Of a DNA stretch of 32,000 nucleotides, positions 31,430-32,000 are shown piece after piece. The notes beneath the pieces were generated by a model. That model worked only from the letters and a program-made list of their open reading frames with translations, searched no databases and was not told where the DNA came from. Every line of letters starts with the position of its first letter. Position 1 is the stretch's first letter. This DNA comes from Sedimentisphaera cyanobacteriorum (lineage in GTDB: Bacteria > Planctomycetota > Phycisphaerae > Sedimentisphaerales > Sedimentisphaeraceae): positions 2,550,001-2,582,000 of the forward strand of contig NZ_CP019633.1 in assembly GCF_001997385.1 (NCBI RefSeq), read 5' to 3'. A program made the translations under genes and the position numbers.

Positions 31430-32000
31430 TCACGAAAACAGGATTGTATGTTTGCCGCTTTTCTTGGCCTTCATAAGGGCGCTGTCTGCTGATTCGAGCA
31501 GTTTGTCAAGCTCCCTGCCTCCCTCGGGATACGCGGACATCCCGCCGCTGAGAGTGAGCCGGCCGCGTGAAGTTTCCACCTCCACCACGTTTTTGCTGAT
31601 TCGCTTTGAAATCTCAGAGCTTTTCACTGGATGTTTGTAGTAATGCCGTCTTTCCTCGTCTTCGGTTTCGAGGGATTCATTTTTGATTTCGAAATCCCAG
31701 ATCATAACCGCAAACTCATCTCCGCCAATCCTTGCGAGCAAATCGTGGGGACGGAATGAATTTCTCAGTGCGCCGGATGTGTCTTTTATAATCTGATCAC
31801 CTGCAAAATGGCCGTATTGGTCGTTGTACTTTTTGAAGTTGTCTATATCGAAAAGGAACACAGAAACAGCTATCTCGCAGCATTCACCAAGCCTTAAAAT
31901 CTGATTTCCCGATTCTATGAAAAACCGCCTTCTGTTAAGGCCGGTGAGCTCGTCGCAGTAGGCAATTCTGCTGAGCTTGCGGATTCGAGCTTCGTATGAA
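31430..32000 (-). CDS. GGDEF-domain diguanylate cyclase, 5'-truncated by the window edge
   Basis: The frame is open to the window edge (SYEARIRKLSRIAYCDELTGLNRRRF...). Motifs present: DIDNFKKYNDQYGHFAGD, RIGGDEFAV and SGGMSAY. The stop lies 10 nt upstream of the glycosyltransferase ATG. Confidence 0.85.
   Translation of the reverse strand, partial: SYEARIRKLSRIAYCDELTGLNRRRFFIESGNQILRLGECCEIAVSVFLFDIDNFKKYNDQYGHFAGDQIIKDTSGALRNSFRPHDLLARIGGDEFAVMIWDFEIKNESLETEDEERRHYYKHPVKSSEISKRISKNVVEVETSRGRLTLSGGMSAYPEGGRELDKLLESADSALMKAKKSGKHTILFS

Overview
This is a 32-kb chromosomal window with about 50-60% GC in backbone genes, judged from hand counts of sample lines. It contains two accessory patches. 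I read everything by eye and ran no searches.

Backbone CDSs recognised from protein motifs:
- a degenerate amidohydrolase-fold protein
- a very long NSS-family transporter
- ddl
- an FtsQ-like bitopic protein
- a secreted alpha/beta-hydrolase esterase
- an LptF/LptG-family permease
- thiE with an N-terminal extension
- a CNNM/CorC-HlyC protein
- recO
- a XylR-like AraC regulator
- a secreted BNR/sialidase-like protein with a dockerin-like tail
- a PAS/sigma-54 enhancer-binding regulator, followed by a thioredoxin-like SxxC protein and a CoA-disulfide-reductase/rhodanese fusion
- a GGDEF cyclase followed by a DUF3524-type (GTDC1-like) glycosyltransferase

Accessory patch 1 (about 5.05-12.95 kb) is an IS nest. 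A complete IS1634-family element sits inside the transposase gene of a second IS1634-family element. It is flanked by a perfect 801-bp direct duplication of its target. The patch also holds an IS30-family transposase, a solo IS end, a truncated signal-peptide ORF and two families of GC-rich palindrome-containing repeats.

Accessory patch 2 (about 19.3-24.2 kb) is an AT-rich island. It carries an AbiEi/AbiEii abortive-infection/toxin-antitoxin pair that is translationally coupled to two further uncharacterised genes. This four-gene cassette is my best candidate for an undescribed defence-type system. The island also holds a frameshifted small gene and an intact IS5-family element with a 5-bp target duplication.

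Other items worth follow-up:
- an in-frame 63-bp insertion (a 36-bp duplication plus 27-bp filler) at the TM6 signature of the NSS transporter
- a sigma-54 promoter/TTAGCGCA-repeat architecture controlling a putative persulfide/thiol module

I saw no rRNA gene, tRNA gene or CRISPR array. The protein styles suggest a Gram-negative, possibly PVC-group organism, but the sequence alone cannot establish this.
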